Part shown: positions 42,881 through 56,430 of the stretch, one piece after another
Layout of the letters: every line of letters starts with the position of its first letter
Position numbering within the stretch: the stretch's first letter is position 1
Origin: Octopus vulgaris
Lineage: Eukaryota
Assembly (NCBI GenBank): GCA_951406725.2
Contig: OX597825.1
Span: forward strand, 5,332,001-5,396,000
DNA: 64,000 bases
Direction of reading: 5' to 3'
Notes under the pieces: model-generated
Databases searched by the model: none
The model's input: the letters and a program-made list of their open reading frames with translations, nothing else
What the model was told of the DNA's origin: nothing
Translations under genes and position numbers: made by a program

Positions 42881-43095
42881 CACACACACACACACTCATA
42901 CACACACACACAAGTATGTGTGTGTGTAAGTGCATGTCATATATGTATGTGTTTATGGATTTGTAGACGTGAACATAATACGACAAAAATAAGATTTAGT
43001 CTAATAATAGAACATTGATAACCAACTTAAGTTCAAAAATAACTCTAATCCACTTATTATTAATGTATACACCCATGTATGCATGTGTGTGTATT

Positions 43096-43147
<52 letters not shown>

Positions 43148-43190
43148 ATTTATTTATATACAATTTTACATACATAATACATATATGTAT

Positions 43191-43231
<41 letters not shown>

Positions 43232-43301
43232 ATATAATATAATATAAGAGAAGAAATGGAACAACATACAAATATACATATAAATATATATTTATATATA
43301 A

Positions 43302-43381
<80 letters not shown>

Positions 43382-43449
43382 ATATATATATATATATACA
43401 CATATATACATATATATATATATATGTATATATGTGTATATATATATAT

Positions 43450-43494
<45 letters not shown>

Positions 43495-43495
<1 letters not shown>

Positions 43496-43930
43496 CAACG
43501 TGGCTGTGTGGTAAGAAGCCTGCTTCCTAGTCGCATGGTTCTGGGTTCAGTTCCACTGCGTGGCACCTTAGGCAAGTGTCTTCTACTGTAGCCACAGGCC
43601 GACCAAAGACTTCAGAATGGATTTGCTACACGGAAACAGAAAGAAGCCCGCCGTATATATATATATATATATATATACACACTTATATATATATTTCTGT
43701 ATGTATATATGTATATATTTGTGTTTGTATGTGTGTGTGTGGTTGTCCCTCACCATCGTTTGACAACCGATGTTGGTGTATTTACGTCCCTGTAGCCTAG
43801 CGGTTCGATAAAAGGGATCAGATAGAATAAGTACTAGGCTTACATAGAATAAATCCTAGAGTCAATTTGCTCGACTAAAGACGGTGCTCCAGCATGGCAG
43901 AAGTCAAATGACTTAAACACAAGTAAATGA
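43495..43930 (+). mobile_element. SINE family B, near full length
   Basis: GTGGCTGTGTGGTAAGAAG..GGTTCAGTTCC..CACCTTAGGCAAGTGTCTTC..GGTGCTCCAGCATGGC. Confidence 0.85.
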
Positions 43931-44041
43931 CTAAATGATATCTATATATATATATATATTATCATTTGATTGAACGCCACGCCTCCATTTCCAAGTAATT
44001 TCATCTTTATATGTGTGTGTGTATATATATGTATATATATA

Positions 44042-44084
<43 letters not shown>

Positions 44085-44160
44085 ATACATATATATATAT
44101 ACATATATATTTACATATATATGTATATATACATATATATACATACATATATATATATAC

Positions 44161-44193
<33 letters not shown>

Positions 44194-44301
44194 CATATGC
44201 ATATATATTTATGCATATATATATACATACATACATATATATACCCATACATATATATATATATATATATACCTATACACACATACACACACACACACAT
44301 A

Positions 44302-44337
<36 letters not shown>

Positions 44338-44793
44338 TGTATGTATGTATGTATGTATGTATGTATGTATGTATGTATGTATGTATGCATGAATGTGTAG
44401 GTTGGTGAAGGGATATCTTGGGAAAAAAGTCAATGATAACAACTCATCGATCAGGTAAAACGAAACAAAACTACTTTATCAGGTAAGAATTTAACTGAAG
44501 TGGCAGATGAAAGCAGGTGAAGTGTTTACCTGGGTAAAGGAGAGTATCACAAATTTAAGAATGTGTCACTTTAAAATAGAAAGATACCTGCAGCATTTAA
44601 TCACGATGGACATTAACCTGAGAGAAATGGAAAATTCTCATTGATAAGGTGAGACATTTGATCACCTGATGGTCCTTAAGAGACAAACATATCCGTATTT
44701 CTTGTTACAAATGTCTGTAACAAGTTCTGGGTACCTCTGATCTCTCACCGCCTTTCTTTGCCCTTCTTATCAACTTGAGTGTGTGTGTGCGTA

Positions 44794-44850
<57 letters not shown>

Positions 44851-45013
44851 ATATATGTACATGTATATGCGTGTTTAAGCGTGATTGTATAATTATAGGT
44901 TTTTGGCTTGTTTTTTCGTTTAAGTGATGTGCTTCAAATGAATACTTGCCTGTCTGCGTATCTTTTGGCGGTTGTGATTGCATCTTTGATTCGATATGAG
45001 TCAATGTGTGTAA

Positions 45014-45628
45014 GCTGGCAGAAACGTTAGCAAGCCGGGCGAAGTGCTTAGCGGTATTTCGTCTGCGTTACGTTCTGAGTTCAAATTCCGCCGAGGTCGA
45101 CTTTGCCGTTCATCATTTCGAGGTCGATTAAATAAGTACTAGTTACGTACTGGGGGTCAATATAATCGACATAATCCGTTTGTCTGTCCTTGTTTGTCCT
45201 CTCTGTGTTTAGCCCCTTGTGGGTAGTAAAGAAATAGGTATTTTGTTTGTCTTTACATTCCGAGTTCAAATTCCGCCCAGGTCGACTTTGCCTTTCATCC
45301 TTTCGGGGTCGATAAATTAAGTACCAGTTGCTTACTGGGGTCGATCTAATCGACTGGTCCCTTCCCCAAAAATTTCGGGTTTTGTGCCTAGAGTAGAAAA
45401 AATATTTTATGTTGGCGAGCTGGCAGAAACGTTCGTACGCCGGGCGAAATGCTTAGCGGTAGTTCCTCTGCCGTTAAGTTCTGAGTTCAAATTCCGCCGA
45501 GGTCCACTTTGCCTTTCATCTTTTCGGGGTCAATAAATTAAGTACCAGTTGCGTACTGGGGTCGATCTAATCGACTGGTCCCTTACCCAGAAATTTCGGG
45601 CCTTGTGCCTAGAGTAGAAAAGAATATG
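45014..45628 (+). mobile_element. Three head-to-tail SINE family A copies
   Basis: The core GAGTTCAAATTCCGCC..GGTCGACTTTGCC occurs three times; tails are type 2, type 1, type 1. Confidence 0.9.
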
Positions 45629-46104
45629 TTAAGACGTTAAGAGCTGGATAAATCGATAGGAGTGATTATTAAGGGCAAGTGCGCTGCTGGATAACAATGG
45701 TAAATAATCTTAAGACTTTACGAGCCAACGAGGAAACCTGTATTTATGTACCGCTCGACCTAACTCTAAACAGCAGCTAAATCTCCCCCAAAATTGCAGT
45801 AGATTGCCTTTAAAAGAAGGGATAAGGTGTTCCTGGGCTTCCGGCATCTCAGGAACGGATAGGATGATCATAGCTGGAATGCATTTAATTACAAATATTC
45901 TAAGTTGGAATTGACTGAGGACCAAACAACAATAACTGTGAGAATAAGGATTATAGTAACATTACATATTCATGTATATAAGCATATTGTCAACCAGATA
46001 CCTACGCAAATACCTACGTAAAGACTAGATCAAATATATGTATAGCTATCTATTTATCTATCTATCTTTCTAACTACTGTAAATCCTTGAGTATAATACG
46101 CAGG

Positions 46105-46442
46105 TGCACCGCCTTTTAGTCGAAGGAATCTACTCCAGGGCTTATTTTTTGTAAGCTTAGTACTTATACTATCGGGCACTTTTGCCGAAAAGCTAAGTTT
46201 CAGGGACGTAAACGACAACCACCATCGGTTGTCAAGCGATGGTGGGGGCACAAATACAGACACACAAGCATAATCATATATATATTCGACTGACTTCTTT
46301 CAATTTCCGTCTACCAAATCCACTCACAAGGCTTTGGTCGGCCCGAGGCTATAGTAGAAGACCCTTGACCAAGGGGCCACGGAGTGGGATTGAACCCAGA
46401 ACCATGTAGTCGGGAAGCAGACTTCTTACCACACAGCCACGT
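46105..46442 (-). mobile_element. SINE family B
   Basis: Reverse complement of the family B consensus. Confidence 0.85.
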
Positions 46443-46547
46443 GTGTGGGTGCGTGTATGTATGTATGATGTATGTATGCATGTGTTGATGGGTGCGTTTC
46501 TGGCTGGTTAGATGTATGGGTGTACGAATATACATACATATATATAT

Positions 46548-46630
<83 letters not shown>

Positions 46631-47207
46631 CATATTTACACACACATACACAAAGATACATGCATGTATATACGTAAGTACGCAAATATCTGTGTATGTA
46701 CGTAAACATGTCTATATGTATGCATGTATGTGTATATGTATTTGGAAACCATAACACGTACAGAGAATCTAAATGAATAAACATATTAATGTGGGTGAGA
46801 CGATATGTTATCTCCGAGAAATTCATATCTTTTTTTACTTTAAGGAAAAAAATAACAACTGACAAGCTGTAGAGACTGAAAGAGAGCGCTAAGAATGGCA
46901 AGAAATAATAGATAAAGTGGAATGAAGGGAGAAGTGCAGATGAAGAAATGAAGGTCGTGAGGAGAATATGGAAATATATAGAAGCAGAAGAGACAAATAC
47001 TTGCATATATACGGGAGTGAGTGAGTGAGTGAGTGAGTGAGTGAGTGAGTGAGTGAGTGCGTGTGGGTGTATGTATGTATGTATGCATACACACACACAC
47101 GCACACACGGAAGAAATAGTACTAGAGTACCAGAGGTAGAGTAATAAACTGTTTATTAAAGCTGCAAAACTATCACAGAACTGTTACTCTAGATAGATAG
47201 ATAGATT

Positions 47208-47277
<70 letters not shown>

Positions 47278-47324
47278 CACAGGGCTGCACACAGATAGAA
47301 ATTACAAGGTAGAGTTTTGATAAG

Positions 47325-47355
<31 letters not shown>

Positions 47356-47609
47356 AAGGGAGTTTGATAGATAAAAGGAGAGAAAGAGGACAAAAAGGGG
47401 GAGGAAAAAAAGATAATAGATAGATAGATAGATATGAAGTGAAAGGGGAGGACAGGTGAGAAAGAAAAGCCTACGGAAAAGACCACGGTAGAATGATGTC
47501 ATTTTATATTTCTTTTTTTTTGAAATAAGCAACTCTCTGTTTTCGATTTCTGCATAGGACTATGCTCAAGGTGGCTTCGTCATTCATGATAGATAGATAG
47601 AGATAGGTG

Positions 47610-47675
<66 letters not shown>

Positions 47676-47693
47676 GATAGGTGGATAGATAGA

Positions 47694-47731
<38 letters not shown>

Positions 47732-48037
47732 CACACACACACATATACATACATACATACATACATACATAGATACATACATTCATAAACAGACCGACAG
47801 GCAGTAAAGCAGATAGATAGATACATGCATACATATACACTGAGTGGAAAACACGCTTTAAGTAAAAGTGAGAGTAATGAAAATGTGAAATAGAAAAATG
47901 AGCGGATACAAACACACACACACACACATATTCACACACACACAGATACATACGCACGCGCGCACTCACACACACACAAAGGGAGAGTGAATTACAAAGA
48001 AGGAAGGAAGGAGGCAAGCAAGCAAGGAATGAAAGTG

Positions 48038-48082
<45 letters not shown>

Positions 48083-49860
48083 ATGTAGAGTGATAAACAA
48101 ACAGGCAGGGTTGAAGGGAGAATGATCCAGGCGAAGAGAGTGAATGACAGAAAGAGTGAGAGGGTGAGAGAGGGGGTAGAAAGAGAGAATAATAGATTGA
48201 AAGTAAGGGAAAGTGATAGACTGAGAAAGAGTGACTCATCGAAAGGAAGTTGGAGATACACAGAGAAAGAGTAGAAGACAGAGAGAGAGAAAGAGGGAGA
48301 GAGAGAGACAAAGATGGAGAGTAAAACTGAATGAGAGTAAGAGAAGAGTAGAAGGATGAGGAGAAGCAAGGAGTGAGGGAGTGAGAGGCTGATGTTGAGG
48401 AAAAGATAATACAAGAGATAATGGTTATCTGTTTCCTTTGTCACACACAATACTTACTTACCAAGATGGTCTTGTGTCACTCAATCCGCCCACACGCATT
48501 GACATATACATGCACGTACGCATATACATATATACATGCCATATATACATGCATACATACATATATGTGTGTATGCCTGTTTTATCATATTACATCCTGA
48601 AAACGTACGTGCATATATACTTCCATGTTCACGCAAACATAAGTACATATATACATACTTACAAGAATATATACATACATGCGTAGGTCTAGAAATGCAT
48701 AGACACTCGTTCATAGACGCATAAAGTCATATATAAAAACATACACATGCAAAATATATCAATGTATGCGGGGGTGTATATATATATATATATAAAAGAG
48801 AGACATGTGTTAAATCTCTGGGCAAGATATAAAGAGTAGCGGTACGGAATCGTAGCATTATAATTACCAACTAAGTGTGGCGTCCTATACAGGACAGTGC
48901 TACTGTTGTTTATAGCCCCAGGAAGACATCTCCTCCAGCAGGCTAACGATACACAGTCTGTGTCCGGTTAGTATTTGCGAGGAGAGGTCATCACTAGCTA
49001 GTGATTAACACACGCTGAGGACGGGTAACCACTCATAAACTCGAGTCCGTGTGTATCATTTAAGGCTAGAGATGGGAGCGATGATGGGGTGACAAACACA
49101 GGCACACAAACATATACAGCTGTTACACCACCAGAACAAGCTTACAAACATAGAAATATGTCGTATCTGCAGGGGATCCGTTCAAGCATCATCTTAACAT
49201 TCACAGTCTCTCAGAATGGCGCAACATCACGTTCCTGGCCCGCTATGTATGACGTTTAAAAGAGGAAGGTAAACCATATATAATTAAATGGGGGTTCCTT
49301 GACAACCAGGACCGTACCTCATCGGCACAAATGATGTAAACTTAGCTTTGCCGAGAGAGCAAGAAACCTAAAAATCTCGCTTGATTCGATGACTTTATTC
49401 AACTGCAAAAGCGAGAAGTTTAGTCGGTGTCCTCATCAGAGGAAATTCATATTAAAAACATAGAATTCCTTGTTTGCGACTAGGGGAAGCAGTTGACTAC
49501 ATGCTGACTCATCTTGGACGCAACTGGAACTGATTTAAGGGAGATAACTCCACCTCACCCACATTTATTGACAGCAGCATTACGTTCCGGAATTTTTGTT
49601 TACAAAATTAACTGACCACAACATATTCATGCCTTCAATTGTACAGAAGTTATGTACCTCCAGCCAACGAATCCCACGAGTCGCTTATATAGCTAAGTAT
49701 TTTATAGGCTCGAAACCCATGGTCACTCTCTCACTGGCCATAACAAACAACCAAACAACGATAGAGAAATAGATAGATATAAGCATATGTACATACATAT
49801 ATATACATATATGTATATATGCATATAGATATATATGTATGTATATGTATATATATATGC

Positions 49861-49913
<53 letters not shown>

Positions 49914-50671
49914 CATACATATATATTTGTATATACATACACATGCACACACTGCACACACAGTTACTACTTCAGGTATGCAGCAAATATATACACACAC
50001 AATTACACACAAATACACAGCCACATATTTATACACATATATACACACACGCGCGCAAATACACAGCCACATATTTATATACACACAGTTGATTCTATGC
50101 ACACAGAGAATATGTGCACACGTATATATGTTCCCACAAACTATGTTTCAAAATATATAGAGAGAGATTTAATGTCATTTAATATAGAGGGCGTAGTAAT
50201 CTTATCGAAAAGACGAAATCACGTTGTAACACTACAGATAGTTTCTACAAAGGAGTGTTCTCACCTGTTTATCTTTTTGTGTCACCTGTACAACTTTATG
50301 AAGGTGAAGCTGTCGTCAGGATGTATTGAACTGATAATGACTTTTAAATCTCGTGTGAGAATATAGAGAGCGGTTGGTGACGATCAGAAAGCTGGCTTCT
50401 CGCTCAACGAACAATTTTTTCCGTATCTCCAACCCGGATGCAGTGCGCTCTCGCCGTGGTTACGAACACTTAAATACTTGTGGTTTGCAAGTGTTTTCTT
50501 CTCAGTTACATGGTTCCGAATGCAGTTCCATTGCGTGGTACCTTGCGCAAGTGTATTCTATTGTAGCGTCGGACCGACCAAAGCCTTGCGAATGGGTTTT
50601 GGTTATCGGAAACTGAAAGAAGCCCATTGCATAAATAAGTATGATTATATGAGTATGTGTATATGTATATG

Positions 50672-50747
<76 letters not shown>

Positions 50748-50844
50748 TAATCCAAACAAGAAAACAAAAAGACAACAACGCAAGGATGTGGAACAAATAG
50801 AGTATTATTGGACGCTCAGGAAAGAAGGGAAGAAGGAATATATA

Positions 50845-51045
50845 ATGGACCGTTAGCTCCTACACGCATTTTTTTCTCTCCTTGTTTCTTTCCTTGTTTC
50901 TTTTCTGTGTATCTTTCTGTCGAAGTGCGTAGGCTCCAAACGTAAAAGACTTGTTTTATTTCTATTCCTGGGCGCCATACTAATACATTTGTTTGTTTGT
51001 ACTCCACCTGCCTTCGTCTTTTGTTTATTTTCGTAAACCTTCCCG

Positions 51046-51048
<3 letters not shown>
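50845..51048 (+). mobile_element. Short HHR-like element, family 3 (core at 50913-50948)
   Basis: CUUU-CUGUCGA-A-GUGC-GUAG-GCUC-CAAA-CG-UA-AAAG; ends in (TA)n; back-to-back with a family-2 3' end at 50743-50835. Confidence 0.65.
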
Positions 51049-51126
<78 letters not shown>

Positions 51127-51615
51127 ATATATGCATACATACAAACATATATGTACGTACCTACATCTACATGTATATATACATGCATATATAAATATAT
51201 ATACGTAAGTACAGGACACCGCAACTAGACGTAGAACTCAACGAAAAACGAAAACGGACAAGCCATTTTTTTACAACAAAAAAAACAGAGACGAAACGAA
51301 AACGGGAAAAACATTATTTTTTTCAACAGAAAAACAAGGTACAGGACACACCACACAAGGAAAAAATCCCCAGTCATCAGCTGTCACTAGCTAACTCAAG
51401 CGTGTTTCGAGGGCAAGACAGGACACGACTCGTCAACTAGTCCTTCACTGCAAGAGAATTAAAATAAAATTGCCTCGCAGAGGAGCAAAAACAGACAGGA
51501 AAAAAATGTAACAAAAACGGGACGTAAAAACGATACAAATGAAACTGCAAAATATACACATATATATGTATATATGTATGTGTGTGTGCAATTATCAATA
51601 GTTTTCTTGTTAAAG

Positions 51616-51676
<61 letters not shown>

Positions 51677-51725
51677 GTATACGCTTCAACAAGAATAGTA
51701 TTGACAAATACACACACACAAACAC

Positions 51726-51772
<47 letters not shown>

Positions 51773-51956
51773 TATATATATATAAAGGGTGAGTCATAGC
51801 TAGCCGAGTCGATAGGATGTCGATCTTTCGATCTAAGAGTAGATGGTTTGTTTCCTATCATAATCACTGCTTTGTGGTCCTGTTGATTTCTCTTCACCAT
51901 GACCGCAGTCTAATGACAGAAATAAGTATATATATATTTATATATTTATATATATG

Positions 51957-52120
51957 TAGTTGAAATTTAGAGAAAAACTAAAAAACGAAGACAGGTGTAT
52001 GAACAACAAGCAAGTGTATTAGTTTGACGCTCGAGAAAAATGAACAAGTCTTTTACTTTTCGAGCCAACGCTCTTCAACAGAAAGGAATAAGAGAAAATA
52101 AACAGAGAGAGAATGAAAAA
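51957..52120 (-). mobile_element. Short HHR-like element, family 3 (core at 52050-52085)
   Basis: Minus strand reads CUUU-CUGUUGA-A-GAGC-GUUG-GCUC-GAAA-AG-UA-AAAG. Confidence 0.65.
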
Positions 52121-52655
52121 ATTAAGTACCAGTTGCGTACTTGAGTCGATCTAATCGACTGGCCCCTTCCCTCAAAATTTCGGGCCTTGTGCCTAGAGTA
52201 GAAAAGAATATTGTTTCTGTCTCAAGGCAGCGAGCTGGCAGAAACGTTAACACGCCGGGCGAAATGCTTCGCGGTATTTCGTCTGCTGCTACGTTCTGAG
52301 TTCAAATTCCGCCGGGGTCGACTGTGCCTTTCATCCTTTCGGGTCGATTAAATAAGTACCAGTTACGCACTGGGTCGATATAATCGATTTAATCTGTTTG
52401 TCAGTCCTTGTTTGTCCCCTTTGTGTCTAGCCCCTTGTGGGCAGTAAAGAAATAAGAAACGTTAGCACGCCGGGCGAAATGCTTCGCGAGCGGTATTTCG
52501 TCTACATTCTGTGTTCAAATTCCGCTGAGGTCGACTTTGCCTTTCCTCTTTTCGGGGTCGATAAATTAAGTACCATTTGCGTACTGGGGTCGATCTAATC
52601 GACTGGCCCGCTCCCCCAAGATTTTCGGGCCTTGTACCTAATGTAGAAAAGAATA
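52120..52655 (+). mobile_element. Tandem SINE family A cluster (one partial copy and two copies)
   Basis: Repeated core and tails; a tail-2/GAAACGTTAGC junction lies near 52455. Confidence 0.9.
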
Positions 52656-52880
52656 TTTCCACCAAATCAGCTGAGCCCTGCACCATATGTTGTGGCTGTG
52701 GATATTACCTGCTGCCACATACAGAATATAAAGCATTGTCTCTTCCATTGTTCGGTCATTTATCTTCTAGAGATTTTTTTTATTCTTTTATTCTTTTACT
52801 TATTTCTGTCATTAAACTGCGGCCATGTTGAAGAGAAATCAACAGGACCACAAAGCAGTGATTATGATAGGAAACAAACC

Positions 52881-53113
52881 TATTTCTTTATTACCCACAA
52901 GGGGCTTAACATAGAGGGGACAAACAACGACAGACATAGGTATTAAGTCGATTACATCGACCCCAGTGCATAACTGGTACTTAATTTATCGACCCCGAAA
53001 GAATGAAAGGTAAAGTCGACCTCGGCGGAATTTGAACTCACAACGTAACGGCAGACGAATACGGCTACGCATTTCGCCCGGCGCGCTAACGTTTCTGCCA
53101 GCTCGCCGCCTTT
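52881..53113 (-). mobile_element. Full-length SINE A (tail-2) with a 19-bp target-site duplication
   Basis: TTATGATAGGAAACAAACC occurs at 52862-52880 and 53114-53132. Confidence 0.9.
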
Positions 53114-54054
53114 TTATGATAGGAAACAAACCATCTACTCTTAGATCGAAAGATCGACATCCTATCGACTCGGCCAGCTATGACTCACCCTTTTAAAATT
53201 TTCGTTTCCTCCCTTCCTATTTCAGTGTCACATGTAGAAATGCTATGGTGGAAAAAATAAAACACTTCTCACATGATGCGATAAGGAAGTAAGAAATCAC
53301 AGATGAGAGAGAGAGGGGGAGGAAGAAAGGCAAATAGACACGCAGTACATCTGTAGATAAGGCATAGGCCTCTTCACTGAAGAGGCCGGCGATTATATTA
53401 CGCTTTTCATGTTCTGATCTGTTTTCTTACCCGCAGATACATATTCTATTGAATTAGAGCAAGTCACAACGAGAGAGATCACCTTTTGTATTAACGCACT
53501 CACTACTCGCGCGTTTATCACAATGGGTTCAAATTCTGGAGGAAGTAGTAAAGAGGATTGCACTTGCTGTATAACTTGTATTCGTTTGATAGAGCGAAGA
53601 GAGATGAAAGGTACACTGAGGCCGGCGTTGCTTGAACTTGATTTTGGGGCGGTATGAATCTCAATTACGTAAAACCTCTTGATCTATTTCGGCCTCATTT
53701 AGAAAGACTTGCCAAAAGCATGGGCACAGATCCTTTCCTCTCAACACATAAAACTGATTCTGATTTAGGCACAAGGCTAGCATTTTTGAAGGAAGGGCTA
53801 AGTCGATATCGCCGACCGCAGTATTTGAATGGTGCCATATATATATCGACCCCGGATGGATATTTAGGCAAAGGTTACGCCGCTGAGATTGAACTCTGAA
53901 TGCAAATAGTCGGAAGAAATACCGCCAAGCAGTTGTCCGCTGCTCCAAGGAGTCTGTATGTTCACCGAATTTTCAAAGAAGTAGAATAATCAGTATTTAT
54001 ATTATTTACATTATTTACTTTTGCCAGATATTTGTCCTCATCTTGTTTGTTGTT

Positions 54055-54100
54055 GACACAACGTTTCGGCTGATATACCCTCCAACCTTCATCAGGTGTC
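54055..54100 (-). ncRNA. Minimal type-I hammerhead ribozyme with intact core
   Basis: GACAC-CUGAUGA-A-GGUUG-(GAGGGUAUAU)-CAGCC-GAAA-CG-UU-GUGUC: 5-bp stem I, 5-bp stem II and palindromic ACGU stem III. Confidence 0.75.
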
Positions 54101-54175
54101 TTGGGGAAACTTCGAACCTGGGTTCTCATTGCTAAGGTATTTTTCGATGAGAACCCAGGTTCGAAATTTCCCCAA

Positions 54176-54221
54176 GACACCTGATGAAGGCTGGAGAGTA
54201 TATCAGCCGAAACATTGTGTT
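54176..54221 (+). ncRNA. Minimal type-I hammerhead ribozyme
   Basis: GACAC-CUGAUGA-A-GGCUG-(GAGAGUAUAU)-CAGCC-GAAA-CA-UU-GUGUU. Confidence 0.65.
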
Positions 54222-54335
54222 AACAACAAACAAAATGAGGACAAATATCTGTCAAATGTAAATAATGTAAATAATGTACATACTGTACATAATTCCTCAT
54301 CTCTTAAATATAGAACTGTACGTATAGTAGTGTAG

Positions 54336-54590
54336 AGGCGCGTGGCTTAGTGGTTAGGATGTAGAACTCATGATCGTAAGGTTGTGGTTTCGATTCCTGG
54401 ACCGGGCGATGCGTTGTGTTCTTGAGTAAAACACTTCATTTTCACGTTACTGCAGTCCACTCAGCTGGCAAAAATGAGTAATCCTGCGACGGACCGGCGT
54501 CCCCTCCAGGTGGGGAATTTCCACTCCACTGAAACCGGGAAACCGGCCCTTATGAGCCTGGCATGGATCGAGAAGGAACATTTATTATTT
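54336..54590 (+). mobile_element. tRNA-derived SINE family C-related copy
   Basis: GAGGCGCGTGGCTTAGTGGTTAGG (A box)..GGTTTCGATTCC (B box)..GTGTTCTTGAGTAAAACACTT. Confidence 0.85.
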
Positions 54591-54609
54591 TTTTATGTAT
54601 AATAATGGT

Positions 54610-55180
54610 TTTAGATTTTGACACAAGTCCAGTAGTTTTAGAGAGAGGGCATTAGTCGATTACATCGGCCCCAGCACTCAGCTGGTATTTTACTGACCCT
54701 GATTAAATGAAAATAAACGTTGGCCATAGCAGAACCAGACTTAAAATAGTTCTTTTTGATATAAATACAAGACCTGAAATTTCGTGAGGTAAGGATTAAT
54801 CGCTTATATCGACCCCAGTTTTCAACAGGTACTTATTTTATCGAACCCGAAAGGATGAAGGGTATAGTCGACCTCGGTGGAATTTGAACTCACAAAGTTA
54901 GGACGGACAAAATGCCGCTAAGCATTTCGTCCGGCGTGCCACCAATTCTTGCAGCTCGCCACTTTCTCTGTCACATAACTATTAATTCAATGAGTAGATT
55001 CAATCGACTGGATCCCCATTGTCGAATGACGGAGATCCATCAAGTAACAGGGCCGAGGTCGACTTTGCTTTCATCTTTCGGGGTCGATAAATTAAGTAAC
55101 AGTTGCGTACTGGGGTTGATCTAATCGACTGGCCCCCCTCCCCATAAATTTCAGGCTTTGTGCCTAGAGCAGAAAAGAAT
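54610..55180. mobile_element. Cluster of SINE A copies and fragments on both strands
   Basis: Core motifs at 54810-54960 (minus) and 55053-55180 (plus). Confidence 0.8.
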
Positions 55181-55493
55181 ATTTAGAGTTGTAATCAAAA
55201 TACCTCATTTGAATGACGACGACGACGACGATGATGATGACGACATCGAGAGCGCAGAATAGTCGCCAGACTTCCGTTCGGTGTCTGCTAAAGTGCAGAA
55301 AACTAGTTTCTCCCGTTTTCTCTTTTTGGCTTTGCTATCAAAATATTTCTGGTACACCTAAAAATATTACCAAGGTTACAGTTAAATACGTTATAATCAC
55401 TGCTTCTTTTATTATACACATTTGTCACCTTGCAGATACTAGGGAGATAGGATGGAATGGAAACAAGTAATTTCGTTCGATGCCTTGGTTGTA

Positions 55494-55850
55494 GTTGGTT
55501 CCGGGTTCAGTCCCACTGCGTGGCATCTTGAACAAGTGTCTTCTGCTATAACCTCGGGCCGACCGAAGCCTTGTAAATGGATTTGGTAGACGGAAACTGA
55601 AAGAAGTCCATCGTATATGCATATGTATATGTATGTATGTTTGTTATTTGTGACTGTGTTTGTAAACCACCACCACCATCGCTCGACAACCGATGCTGGT
55701 GTGTTTACGTCCCCGTAAATTAGCGGTTCGGCAAAGCGACCGATAGAATAAGCACTAGGCTTACAAAGAATATGTCTTGGGTTTGATTTGTTCGACTAAA
55801 GGTGGTGCTCCAGCATGGCTGCAGTCAACTGAAACAAATAAAAGAACAAA
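55494..55850 (+). mobile_element. SINE family B
   Basis: GGTTCCGGGTTCAGTCCCACTGCGTGGCA..GGAAACTGAAAGAAG..GGTGCTCCAGCATGGC. Confidence 0.85.
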
Positions 55851-56059
55851 AGAACCTTTTCAAAATTTAATGTTTTTAGGAATTGTATTTAAAAAATCGT
55901 TAAAATGCTTTGTGGACCGTAGAAGCATGACCAGTTTAGCAACATAATTTTATGGGGACTCCCAAGGGCCATGTAGACCCTGTTGAGCACTAGTATAACA
56001 AGAGTGTGTGCCACCCAGAGCAGCCCTTCAGTGTGCCGCCCCAGGGCACTCACAAAATA

Positions 56060-56430
56060 CCTTCTGATTTCAAATTCCGCCGAGGTCAACTTTGCCCTTC
56101 ATCCTTTCGGGGTCGATAAATTAAGTACCAGTTATGCACTGGGGGCTATGTAATCGACTTAATCCCTTTGTCTGTCCTTGTTTGTCCCCTGTGTGTGTGG
56201 CTCCTTGTAGGCAGTAAAAAAGTAAGAATCGTTACCGCGCCGGACAAAATGTTTTATGGCATTTCATCCAATTCTTTACGTTCCGAGTTCGAACGCCGCC
56301 GTGGTCGATTTTGCCTTGAATCCTTTCGGAGGCGCTAAAATAAATGCCAGCTGAGCACTGGTGTGATCAATGGAATTGATTTCCCCAACCTCTCTAAATT
56401 GCTGACCTTGTATCTAAAATTAGGAAGAAT
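56060..56430 (+). mobile_element. SINE A dimer (tail-2 copy plus truncated copy)
   Basis: Junction ..GCAGTAAAAAAGTAA|GAATCGTTA near 56225. Confidence 0.8.

Larger units (their letters stand above)
53995..54319. mobile_element. Fold-back hammerhead-bearing element (inverted arms 53995-54129 and 54147-54283)
   Basis: Arms of about 135 bp with a 17-bp spacer; each arm carries an HHR. Same family as 39459-39628. Confidence 0.85.

Noticed and set aside
53654-53899. 81-aa ORF with normal-looking composition
   Set aside because: Its 3' half is an antisense decayed SINE A, and no domain is recognisable.
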